A DNA stretch of 63,963 nt, counting the filler, from Barthelona sp. PAP020 (Eukaryota): NCBI GenBank assembly GCA_040182905.1. It is 4 parts of 4 records of this genome, joined end to end, with 100 filler letters (N's around TTAATTAATTAA, not from the genome) between each part and the next. Parts side by side here need not be neighbours in the genome. Positions count along the whole stretch, not along the records: positions 18,271 to 36,338 come from JARQWU010000231.1; positions 36,439 to 54,487 come from JARQWU010000232.1; 2 more parts are not named here. The stretch is one strand, 5' to 3'. Position 1 is the stretch's first letter. Each line of letters begins with the position of its first letter. Position numbers and translations under genes: made by a program. Below are positions 33,063 through 42,900 of this stretch, in pieces. The notes under the pieces are model-generated. The model was not told the DNA's origin. It saw only the letters and a program-made list of their open reading frames with translations, and searched no databases.

Positions 33063-35933
33063 TTACAAGAAATGAAGTTTAGAAGCAAGATCATTGTGAA
33101 CTAAATCTCTTGGAGATTGTAAATCAGATTCCATCAAGGTTTCACCAACAAATTTAGAATATTTAAGAGCGTTTTGCATTGGTGCAGGATATTTGAGAGA
33201 TCCAGGTTTTGTGAAATAAAGATGAGTTAACAAAAATGTAAGATGAATAAATTGATCTCTTAAGAAAGCATTATCATTGAAAATAACAATATAATGAACA
33301 GGTTTAGCCATAGAATTTCTTGAAATAGGCTTACAACTGTGTAAATAAAAATCAAAAACTTCACCAGAACTGACATTGCTGCCTAATAAGATATCATCTG
33401 TACTTCTACAAATATCACCCAATGCAAAAGTACCTGTGGGAGGGTTGAAATAGTTACCATCATGTGGCCAAAACATTCTTAAAGGTGTTTGGTTGTGAAC
33501 AACACAATAAGTCAAACTGGTGTTAATACCGCTGTTTAAGAATGATTCTTTCAAAGTGGTACAATCTTGAATAACGATATCTTCGTAAGCTACAGTGGGT
33601 ATTCCACCTCTATAAACAATGACTGAAGCAGGTGATTTACCTTGACCTCTAAAGTAATTCATACAATCGATTGATAATTCAGAAAATTCAGAAGAACAAT
33701 CTGTTTTATCAACTAATCTAAAATCAGACCAAAACTCCAAATTATGTTCTCCTTCACCAACATACATTGCAGAAACAACAAATATTGATCTAGTTGTTGT
33801 TAAAGAATTGTAAATGTCTGATCCAATCACAAGGAAAGGTGTTGAAACACGAGATAAATTATTTCTCAATTCAGTAGCCCAATTGATATCCCAAATGGAA
33901 GCACCCATCTTGACTTGCAATTGTGCAATCAAATTAGAGCATACAACCTTCAAATTACGATGCTTTTCAGCATTAACATATTGCGATACAATATTATTAA
34001 CAGAACAAAAGCGTTTAAGCACTCTATAAGGTTCAGCATCACCATTCTCTGCAATTACCAAAATGCAATCAAAGTTAACGCATTCATTTTCCAAAAATGC
34101 ACCTAAATTAGCAGCATTTATTTCACGAGTGACTGGTCTAGCCATCATATGTCCAACATATAACTTAGCAATAGAATCAAAATTCCTTAAAATTTCCATT
34201 GTTTTTGCTTCGCCTTCGTTTGAGGAACAAATTCGAATTACTATCCAATTGTTCATGGTTCTAGGATTCTTGTAATGGATTCTCTGTAATTCTTTTCCCC
34301 AATCATCAGAACCAGCCACAGCTTTTGCTTCAGCACCAATTTTTAAATAAATCGAAGGTAAAACTTTTGTATCTGGTTGACGAATACGTCTACAATTGCT
34401 AATATGAGGTTCTAATGCAATTCCCCAAGATTGAATAATCTCAATTGGTGAATTATCAAAAGCTTTTCCATTTCGACGAGTAGATATTTCAGTTATCAAT
34501 TTTAAAAATGCTTCCACCTTATTCATAAATTCAATCGGATGTAATTGAGTCATTTTTGTGATTCTATGTCTCATCGATTCAGGAGTATTGGTCAAATAAC
34601 AAACACTAAGGGGATAATAAGTAAATTTAGGATTACCTTCTCTGTCTTTACCCTTCACAAAAAGCAACCCTTCATTAGGATCAATCGTCATGTTATACTT
34701 GATATTGTAATACTCACATATCGAAGTCATCTTTCCATTGTAATCAAACTGCTCATGTCCAGCTGTTTTTTCCATGTCTCGGTCATGAATTAGCACAGTT
34801 TTATTTAAGTGAGGAATTAAAACCTCCAAATTACGGAAGTTACTAATGTCACCATAATTTGCAAGGGCGCCAAGATGATCGCGAGGAATAATTTTAGGTT
34901 GAGGAACAATAAATAAGGAATAACCAGTTTTTAATTTGCAAACTTGAGTCTTGTATTGAGTGTGAATAAAAAATTCGTCCCTTTCTTCCTTTCTACTTGT
35001 GACATATGATTTGCCAATCTTAACCAAATCTGTGCTCTGTAAAGCTTTATTAATGATCAAATTCAAAATTTGCTCATGAATAACTTGATCTTCAACGGAA
35101 TCAACTTCATTAATCATCGATTTAAAAGCAATTTTTGGACGCAAAACTTGTCCCTTAATAAATGGAATTTCACAAGTATAATCATTTAAATAGCTGCAAT
35201 CTTCACCTTTAATGAAAAATGAGTTTCCATCTATGAGAATTAACTTAAAATCGGGCTCTTTTGAATAACTTCCAAAAGCCTCTCTAATTGTTCTTACTAC
35301 AATTCGTTCCATTTTTTTCCTTGAAACACTTTCCAAATTTTGTATGACATAATGTTGAACTTGCAAATTTCCAACATGTAAATCAATGGAATTAATGGCC
35401 AATTCAGAATTCTTTTGAAACATATGTCTTTCTGGTTCTCTTGGAAAAGAAAAACTTCTTCCTCCACGATCTCCTCTAAAGGCACCACGATTTCCTCTAA
35501 ATCCTCCTCTAGTCCCTCGAAAACTACCACGAGGTGCTCTAAATCCACCACGATCACTTCCTCGGAAACCTCCACGACCTCCACGACCTCTATATGGTCT
35601 TCTATCTTGATATTCACGACGTTGATAATTATCCTGCCTGGGATCATCATAATATCCATATGGTGGTGCTCCCGGTGGTCCTTGTGGCATAAATTGAGGA
35701 GGTGGTCCTTGAGGTCCATCATACATAGGAGCATAACCAGATTGTGGATAATTACCTGCACCATAATTGGAAGGTCCTCGAGATGGTGGAGGTCCAGAAT
35801 GATATCCACCAGGAGGACCTGATTGATAACCTTGAGGTTGTCCTTGATAACCAGAATTTGGATCTTGATAATATCTATTAGGAGGTTGAGAACTCATATT
35901 TCTCCCATAATTGTTACCATAAGAATTATTCAT
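33063..35933 (-). CDS. PIWI-clade Argonaute with RG-rich N-terminus; slicer residues degenerate
   Basis: RGG/GRG repeats; PAZ (SICEYYNIKY); MID (YRVLKR, SQYV, QLQVKMG); PIWI (VIGSD, IVYRGG, THLYF...PAP). Likely ATG at 35933. Confidence 0.92.
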   Translation of the reverse strand: MNNSYGNNYGRNMSSQPPNRYYQDPNSGYQGQPQGYQSGPPGGYHSGPPPSRGPSNYGAGNYPQSGYAPMYDGPQGPPPQFMPQGPPGAPPYGYYDDPRQDNYQRREYQDRRPYRGRGGRGGFRGSDRGGFRAPRGSFRGTRGGFRGNRGAFRGDRGGRSFSFPREPERHMFQKNSELAINSIDLHVGNLQVQHYVIQNLESVSRKKMERIVVRTIREAFGSYSKEPDFKLILIDGNSFFIKGEDCSYLNDYTCEIPFIKGQVLRPKIAFKSMINEVDSVEDQVIHEQILNLIINKALQSTDLVKIGKSYVTSRKEERDEFFIHTQYKTQVCKLKTGYSLFIVPQPKIIPRDHLGALANYGDISNFRNLEVLIPHLNKTVLIHDRDMEKTAGHEQFDYNGKMTSICEYYNIKYNMTIDPNEGLLFVKGKDREGNPKFTYYPLSVCYLTNTPESMRHRITKMTQLHPIEFMNKVEAFLKLITEISTRRNGKAFDNSPIEIIQSWGIALEPHISNCRRIRQPDTKVLPSIYLKIGAEAKAVAGSDDWGKELQRIHYKNPRTMNNWIVIRICSSNEGEAKTMEILRNFDSIAKLYVGHMMARPVTREINAANLGAFLENECVNFDCILVIAENGDAEPYRVLKRFCSVNNIVSQYVNAEKHRNLKVVCSNLIAQLQVKMGASIWDINWATELRNNLSRVSTPFLVIGSDIYNSLTTTRSIFVVSAMYVGEGEHNLEFWSDFRLVDKTDCSSEFSELSIDCMNYFRGQGKSPASVIVYRGGIPTVAYEDIVIQDCTTLKESFLNSGINTSLTYCVVHNQTPLRMFWPHDGNYFNPPTGTFALGDICRSTDDILLGSNVSSGEVFDFYLHSCKPISRNSMAKPVHYIVIFNDNAFLRDQFIHLTFLLTHLYFTKPGSLKYPAPMQNALKYSKFVGETLMESDLQSPRDLVHNDLASKLHFL

Positions 35934-36338
35934 ACGGAAAAAATTGAGAAAAAATAAACTTACACTTTTTCTTCTGCCTTTTTTTTTCATTGCCAATTTA
36001 CCACCTTATTATTCCAACAATTAAAAATAAAATAAAAATATAAAGACTAAAGGAAAACAAATAAAAAAAACCCTGTTAAATTCTTGTAAATTTCCTTTTT
36101 TTTTTGTTTTTTTTTTTTGCATCTTACAATCAATTCATTTTACGAACGACCAAAAATTATATTACATTATCGCATAAAGAAAAGAATCTAAAAATATTTA
36201 TTTTGAGAAGAAATTTGTATTTTTTTTTTTTTGAAAAATGTCTGACCAAGAGGAAAACATTAAGAAATTTCAAATTAAAAGATTAATTCAATCTTTAAGA
36301 GGATACAGAGGGTATAATTTTTTTAATATTCATGATAT

Positions 36339-36438
36339 NNNNNNNNNNNNNNNNNNNNNNNNNNNNNNNNNNNNNNNNNNNNTTAATTAATTAANNNNNN
36401 NNNNNNNNNNNNNNNNNNNNNNNNNNNNNNNNNNNNNN
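36339..36438. other. Artificial contig spacer
   Basis: N44-TTAATTAATTAA-N44. Confidence 0.98.
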
Positions 36439-36439
36439 C

Positions 36440-38440
36440 GAAATTAATCGAAAGGCAGTGGATGTTTGGGCGTTTGCTGTGATGATGATTTATGTAATGA
36501 CAGGTATTCGTCCTTTTGAGGGCATTGATGATCGTAGAATGTTTAGAAATTTGGAAAATGGGAAATTGCCATATTCTGACGAGATGATTGATTCGGTTCC
36601 TGGTCATGGCATTGTAAAGTTGTGTTTGGATAAAGATCCTGCTAATCGTCCATCATTCGAGTTGATTACTGATTATCTAAAGATGCTTGTTGACACAATA
36701 CATAGTGTCATTGGCCCTTATGTTAAACATGATATGGATCAAGTTGTTGTTCCAAATGGGTTCTATGTGTATAGGGGTTTATCCGAGATTTATCAGGCCA
36801 CAATGTATGGTAACCTGAAAGTTGTCAAGCATTGTATCAAATCTGGTTTTTATGTGAACAAACAGGGTAAGGCAGGAAGGACATCGTTGTATGAGGCTGC
36901 TTTTTATGGGCGTATTAAGGTTGTTGAGTTTTTGTTGGATTTTAGGGCTGATGTTAGTTTGTGTACGAATGATGGGTGGTCTCCATTGTACATCAGTTGT
37001 CAAATGGGTCATCTTGATGTTGCCAAAATGCTCTTGGATTATGGCGCTGATGTTAATATATGCAAGAATGATGGGAGGTCTCCATTGTATGGCAGTTGTG
37101 AACATGCACATCTTGATGTCGCCGAAATGCTCTTGGATCATGGCGCTGATATTAATTTGTGTATGAATGATGGGTGGTCTCCATTGGTAATTAGTTGTCA
37201 CAATGGTGATTTTGATATTGCCAAAATGCTCTTGAATCATGGCGCTGATGTTAATTTGTGTGATAATTATGGCACTTCTTCATTGGTAATTAGTTGTCAC
37301 AATGGTGATTTTGATATTGCCAAAATGCTCTTGAATCATGGCGCTGATGTTAATTTGTGTGATAATGATGGCAGTTTTCCATTGACCATCAGTTGTGAAA
37401 ATGGTCATCTTGATGTTGCTAAAATGCTCTTGGATCATGAAGCTGATATTAATTTGTGTGATAATTATGGGTGGTCTCCATTGACCATCAGTTGTGAAAA
37501 TGGTCATCTTGATGTTGCTAAAATGCTCTTGGATCATGGCGCTGACGTTAATTTGTGTAATAATGATGGTAGTTTTCCATTGACCATCAGTTGTCAAAAT
37601 AGTCATCTTGATGTTGCTAAAATGCTCTTGGATCATGGGGCTGATATTAATTTGTGTGATAATTATGGCACTTCTTCATTGTTCATCAGTTGTCAAAATG
37701 GTTATCTTGATGTTGCCAAAATGCTCTTGGATCATGGCGCTGATATTAATTTGTGTAATAATAATGGTGTTTCTCCATTGTTCATCAGTTGTCAAGAAGG
37801 TCATCTTGATGTTGCCAAAATGCTCTTGGATCATGGCGCTGATGTCAAATTATGTATGAACAATGGTGAGTGGTCTCCATTGACCATCAGTTGTGAAAAT
37901 GGTCATCTTGATGTTGCTAAAATGCTCTTGGATCATGGCGCTGACGTTAATTTATGTAATAATGATGGGTGGTCTCCATTCACCATCAGTTGTGAAAATG
38001 GTCATCTTGAGGTTGCTAAAATGCTCTTGGATCATGGAGCTGATGTTAATTTGTGTGATAATAATGGTAGTTTTCCATTGTTCATCAGTTGTCAAGAAGG
38101 TCATCTTGATGTTGCCAAAATGCTCTTGGATCATAAAGCCAATGTCAAATTATGTATGAACAATGGTGAGTCGCCATTATTTGTTAGTTGCGAATTTGGT
38201 CATGTTAATATCGCTAAAATGCTCTTGGATCTTGGGGAGGACATTGATTTGTGTAGAGATGATGGCACTTCTCCATTGTTCATTAGTTGTCAAAATGGTC
38301 ATCTCAACATCGTCAAAATGCTCTTGGATCATGGCGTTGATGTTAACCTCAAAACTGATCAAGGATTGACCCCAATAGATATTGCTCGAACCAATGGTCA
38401 TACCCAAATTGTAGAGCTTCTGCAATCCTTCTACAATTGA
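36440..38440 (+). CDS. Protein kinase C-lobe (5'-truncated) fused to ~17 ankyrin repeats
   Basis: DVWAFAVMM...PFEG...CLDKDPANRPSF followed by 33-aa ANK units; frame open to the contig edge. Confidence 0.92.
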   Translation, partial: EINRKAVDVWAFAVMMIYVMTGIRPFEGIDDRRMFRNLENGKLPYSDEMIDSVPGHGIVKLCLDKDPANRPSFELITDYLKMLVDTIHSVIGPYVKHDMDQVVVPNGFYVYRGLSEIYQATMYGNLKVVKHCIKSGFYVNKQGKAGRTSLYEAAFYGRIKVVEFLLDFRADVSLCTNDGWSPLYISCQMGHLDVAKMLLDYGADVNICKNDGRSPLYGSCEHAHLDVAEMLLDHGADINLCMNDGWSPLVISCHNGDFDIAKMLLNHGADVNLCDNYGTSSLVISCHNGDFDIAKMLLNHGADVNLCDNDGSFPLTISCENGHLDVAKMLLDHEADINLCDNYGWSPLTISCENGHLDVAKMLLDHGADVNLCNNDGSFPLTISCQNSHLDVAKMLLDHGADINLCDNYGTSSLFISCQNGYLDVAKMLLDHGADINLCNNNGVSPLFISCQEGHLDVAKMLLDHGADVKLCMNNGEWSPLTISCENGHLDVAKMLLDHGADVNLCNNDGWSPFTISCENGHLEVAKMLLDHGADVNLCDNNGSFPLFISCQEGHLDVAKMLLDHKANVKLCMNNGESPLFVSCEFGHVNIAKMLLDLGEDIDLCRDDGTSPLFISCQNGHLNIVKMLLDHGVDVNLKTDQGLTPIDIARTNGHTQIVELLQSFYN

Positions 38441-39301
38441 TCCAGTGCTTTCCTTTTAGCAACACTCACTGTCTTTCATTAAACATCTCACGATAGAGAT
38501 GATTTCAACATGTTATTGTTCGTGTTCAGTGTGTTTGTGTTCCAAGTTTTATTTATTAGAGACGTGATAAATGTTCTGTGTTTGTTTCGTTTAGGTATCT
38601 GTTTTATAACTGTACTTTTGTAAAGCTCTATAATTTATTTTGTTGTTTATGTCAAATTGAGAGCTTTAAAGCCAACTTTGGGTACATTTCTTCAGATGAA
38701 AGATCCCTGATACGTTTGCCAACTCTTGTTGTGTTTGAACTCTGATCCACAATGGGTATTTCTGCAGAGAATTATCAGCAGGAGCACAAATCTTTTTCGT
38801 TTTGTTGAACATTACTTTTGCCAGAAGAACTGAGCTACTGAAAGGAGAAAGAACACTATCATGTTGGTTTTTGACTTTTCAGCCTCATTTAAAGGAAAAC
38901 TGACGAAACCGAATCAATTTCCACTGATAACATTTATTTCCAGTTGCTTGATGTTTATAACAAGTAAATAAGCAAATTGGTTAAGTTTTGTGCTCTTTAA
39001 ACCAAAATTATTTCATAACTGGAGCAGTCTATTTCAAAGTCAAGAAATTAAAGTATGAATGATACAAAACAAATGTATTAATGATGTGTTAATGTTTGTG
39101 AGAATATTCAAACATTTCTGTTTCATCAAATTTTGAATGAACCTAATATTCTTTCTGCCTGTCACATGTAAAATTATCGTGCAACAAAAGATAAAGCCCG
39201 GTTCCAATTAATAGAAGGTGGGACAAAATGAACATCTTTCAAGGAGGAACTCTTCTTTTTTGATAAATCTAACCTTCCTTCAATAGTTGCCTTATACCTC
39301 A

Positions 39302-39478
39302 ATAATTCACAGGACAATAAGAATAAATGCTTAAAGACCTCTTTTATTCGTTTTTGGTGTTTATTGCTTGAATTTTTCAATTTTGACACCCATTAATTTC
39401 AGAAATTGTAAGATGAAACCTTAAACACATTCATATTATTTTTTGCATGAAATGTTTCCCTTTTGCTACGAACAAAAA
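39302..39478. repeat. Dispersed repeat family A copy (internally deleted)
   Basis: aattcacaggacaataagaataaatg matches the reverse complement of ~58107-58135. ttttcaattttgacacccatt...ttgctacgaaca matches 1688 and 54994. Confidence 0.8.
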
Positions 39479-39495
39479 AAAAGATTAGAAGAAGA

Positions 39496-39899
39496 AATGA
39501 GGGTTGTTTACAAGCATATAATTTTTTGGCCAATCAAAATTTTCCAATTCTTCCTTTTTCCCTCGAGTTACGGAACTTTTCCTTAACCTACCCCCACATT
39601 TTTGACCTTACCACGGTGAATGCACGAAACCTTGCACAATTAGGATAAATTTTTAAATATCGGAGCTCTAAGCTCTTTTGAGCAATTAGTAATGCAGTAT
39701 TTCACACCCCGCGTAGGGCGTAGCTCTCCTACGAAAGCCTATGAAAGAGTAGGTCTCTAGAAAGTGAGGTTCCTTTCAGGAACACTGGAGCCCCCGAAAA
39801 GAGTAAAGATTTAGGTTTATTATTTATTAGTCAACTGAGATTCCCAGTCTCTAATTTGGGAAAGTTCTGGAAAAGGTTCGTACAAGAAAAAAAAAAAAA
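39496..39899 (+). repeat. Dispersed repeat family B copy (GC-richer, with hairpins and an A-tail)
   Basis: Colinear with 25188-25604; ends in aagaaaaaaaaaaaaa. Confidence 0.8.
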
Positions 39900-39927
39900 T
39901 AAAAATATTGACAAATTTATAATTAAT

Positions 39928-42900
39928 TTACTGAATGAACAACTCATCTTCGACAAAACCATTAGGATCATCAACAATATCAAAAACTTCAGATTCATTG
40001 TTCAAGATTGGAATAACAGACATTTGTTTTTCCTCATACATATCATCAGATTTTACTCTTGATTTAACATAAAAAAACACAACCAAAACAAATGACACAA
40101 AAACAACAACTATCCAACCCCAACCATCAAACAAATAGTCAATAATTGATTTTACGGAAGGGGGAGTTGTTTGATATATGCAACAGTTGTAAGTCTTATC
40201 AATCTTACATACTGGCAGATTATTAGCGTTTTTAAAATAGTAATGGGTTTCTGCATCCAAAATAAGATCATCATTGATATTGCCTAATTTCTGAATGAAG
40301 GAATCGCATGCAAAACAATTGATATTTAGAGAGTATTTTGAAATGCCGTTGTTAGTCATTGGTGGAAACAAATAATAAAATTTTTTGCTTTTTGAACCCT
40401 GTAAATTAATGGATGAAACATATGTCACATAATCTATTGTTAGTGAAATGGAAAGGTTTTTTCCTTCACGAACCACCACATTTAGCAAAAGAAAATCGGT
40501 TGAATATTCCATAATATCGATCTCAAGCCGATCAGGAATGGGCAATATTAATGAATTATCTTGAGTAATATTGCCCCCATCTGCTGTCAAAAATGAGGTA
40601 TAAAATTGGTGTTTCAAAGAAGAAGTGAAGAATATGTAAGAACTACTGTTCAAAATGGTAAAAGATGCCAATTTTTTAAAAATATTGTTACAATTAGGTG
40701 AAACTACAAAGAAAAAAGTATCTTTCAAAGTGATATAAGTCGTTATATTTGAATATACAACCAAATTTTGATCAAAATTATCGTAATTTGTGTTAAAATA
40801 CTGTTTTGTTTCATTTTCGTAAGGTTTAATCAAAAAATTAACACTTTCATGCTTTCTTTTTCCAAGGGTCAATAAACTATCTTTCATCATAACATAATGA
40901 TGTGATGATGAAAAGTACAGCTCAAACAACGCATAATTATTAAAAATCTCAAACTCAAAATCATCAATTCCGTTAGATAAATAAATGAGTTCATACAAAG
41001 GCTGATCAAAATCAACAATGACACTTACTTCAAAAAAACTATGTTCTTTGATTAGTTTCATACAAAACAAAGACTCTTTATCAAATGTCAACGAAGTATT
41101 AACACCAAAACACTCATCAATAATATCCACATTTGAAACATTCTTCGCACTAATGAAAAGAGCACTGTTGGAAGTATGCTTCAAATCTATAATTTTAAGC
41201 TTGGAATAATTGTCCGAAAACATGTACATCATATGATGGAATATAGAAATGAAAGGATACCTTCCGTATTCATTCACATTCGTTGTTAGAATCAAAGTTG
41301 GTTCTAATATGTCAGCATGATTTTGAGTAAACAAGCTAAAATCAACAAGTACCAATTTAGACACGTTCTTAAAAGAAAAAGTCAAGTCAACATCAACTCC
41401 TTCAAAGATCCATAACGAATTATACCTTAAAGAACCGTACAAATCAATAGTTTTCTTCATGATTCTTCGTTGAAAGTACAAATACAAACGTTGGTCTTCT
41501 TGATTTTCCGAAAAAACAAGGCGAAATATTATATACGTAGAATTAACAACAAAAATGCTCTGTGACCTAGTGTAAAAATAATTTTTGCTATCTTCTTCAG
41601 AAATAATAATGGTTGAAATATGATCGCTGGATAAAAGACTCAAATCAAACGATATATCCCAAAAAACACTTTGGCCAAAATCAGTCTTTATTTTGTAGTA
41701 GCAATACGAGGTATCATCGTAAGATTTGATCTTTGTGCCAATAGTATCACCCCCATTATCAATACCACAGTCATTCAAAGAGAATTGTAACATGGAATAA
41801 TCAGAGAAAGCAATCATTTTGTGATCAATCTCATCATCAAAATAATTTGAACTGAAGAAGTGTTCTCTGGTGATATTTGAGCATGCATCGAAGAATTCAG
41901 AATCACACAGAAAAATAAAGCCAAAAGATGAGATTTTAGTTTCATATAAACTAAAAATTCCGTTGGATTGAAACAAACTGCCAGTTGTTATTTGTGCTTT
42001 CCTACCAATATATCGAACAGTTTTTATTGAACTATATCCCGGAATTTCAATGTGAGTTGGTATCTTTTTGTAATTAAAGTTAAACCTTAAATAGGTAACA
42101 CCGTTGATATAATAACGAACAGAGCTTTTATCCTTGTAATATACATCAATAAAAGTGTTCTCATGATAGAAATCAGCCACTACATTTAAAACTAAAAGAA
42201 AGACTGCAACTTGAGCATTGTCAAACTTTATTCTGTGGATATATCGTTCATCTAAATACAAAACTTCAAATCCCGAGCTATTGACGTCAAAGGAATATTC
42301 AAGAATCTCGTTTTTCTCTTCAGTGATTTTGACACATCTTGATAACGCCAAACAATTAATTGGCGCATAAACATAATCAACTTTGTAACAACCATCATCA
42401 ACAACTATGTTACCAGGACATACTAAATCAGCATCAATGTCAAACACAACCGTTTGTTTTAATATCACTTTATCAAAGTTTCCCTTCACTTCTAGCAAAG
42501 TAAATCTGTAGCTACCAGATGCTAGGAACAAAACATGCAATAAATCTCTCTCATTATCAGAATATTGTTTGATTTTTTCGGTGTAGCCTTCAATCTCTGA
42601 CGTAACATAGACAGTTTCATAATGCATCTTGTCTGCCATCAATTTTTCAATCAAAAAATGACTTGTTTGCTCCGTAACAATATGTTTGATATAAACATAT
42701 GAAGGACTACTCAAATCAAAAGTGAGGACAACATCTTGGGGTATTCCTTGAATGATAACGGGGTCAAAATCATTCAAAAGAATGTGAGGTCCTTTACTTT
42801 CAAGAGATCTAACCATGTTTTGAAAATTAAGTTTGTCATCATGAATAGGGATTATTTGTATGTTAGAATGATGTCCCAATGCATAGATACAACCAAAAAT

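Noticed and set aside
35297..35822. Overlapping 170-aa and 135-aa ORFs at the Piwi 5' end
   Set aside because: By-products of the GC-richer low-complexity G/P/R codons.
36950..38340. CRISPR array or diversity-generating retroelement in the ankyrin repeats
   Set aside because: Units are in-frame protein repeats without unique spacers. No cas or reverse transcriptase gene, no separate template repeat, and no evident adenine-only variation.
39700..39800. Hammerhead ribozyme in repeat B (GAAA motifs and hairpins)
   Set aside because: No CTGAnGA core found on either strand.
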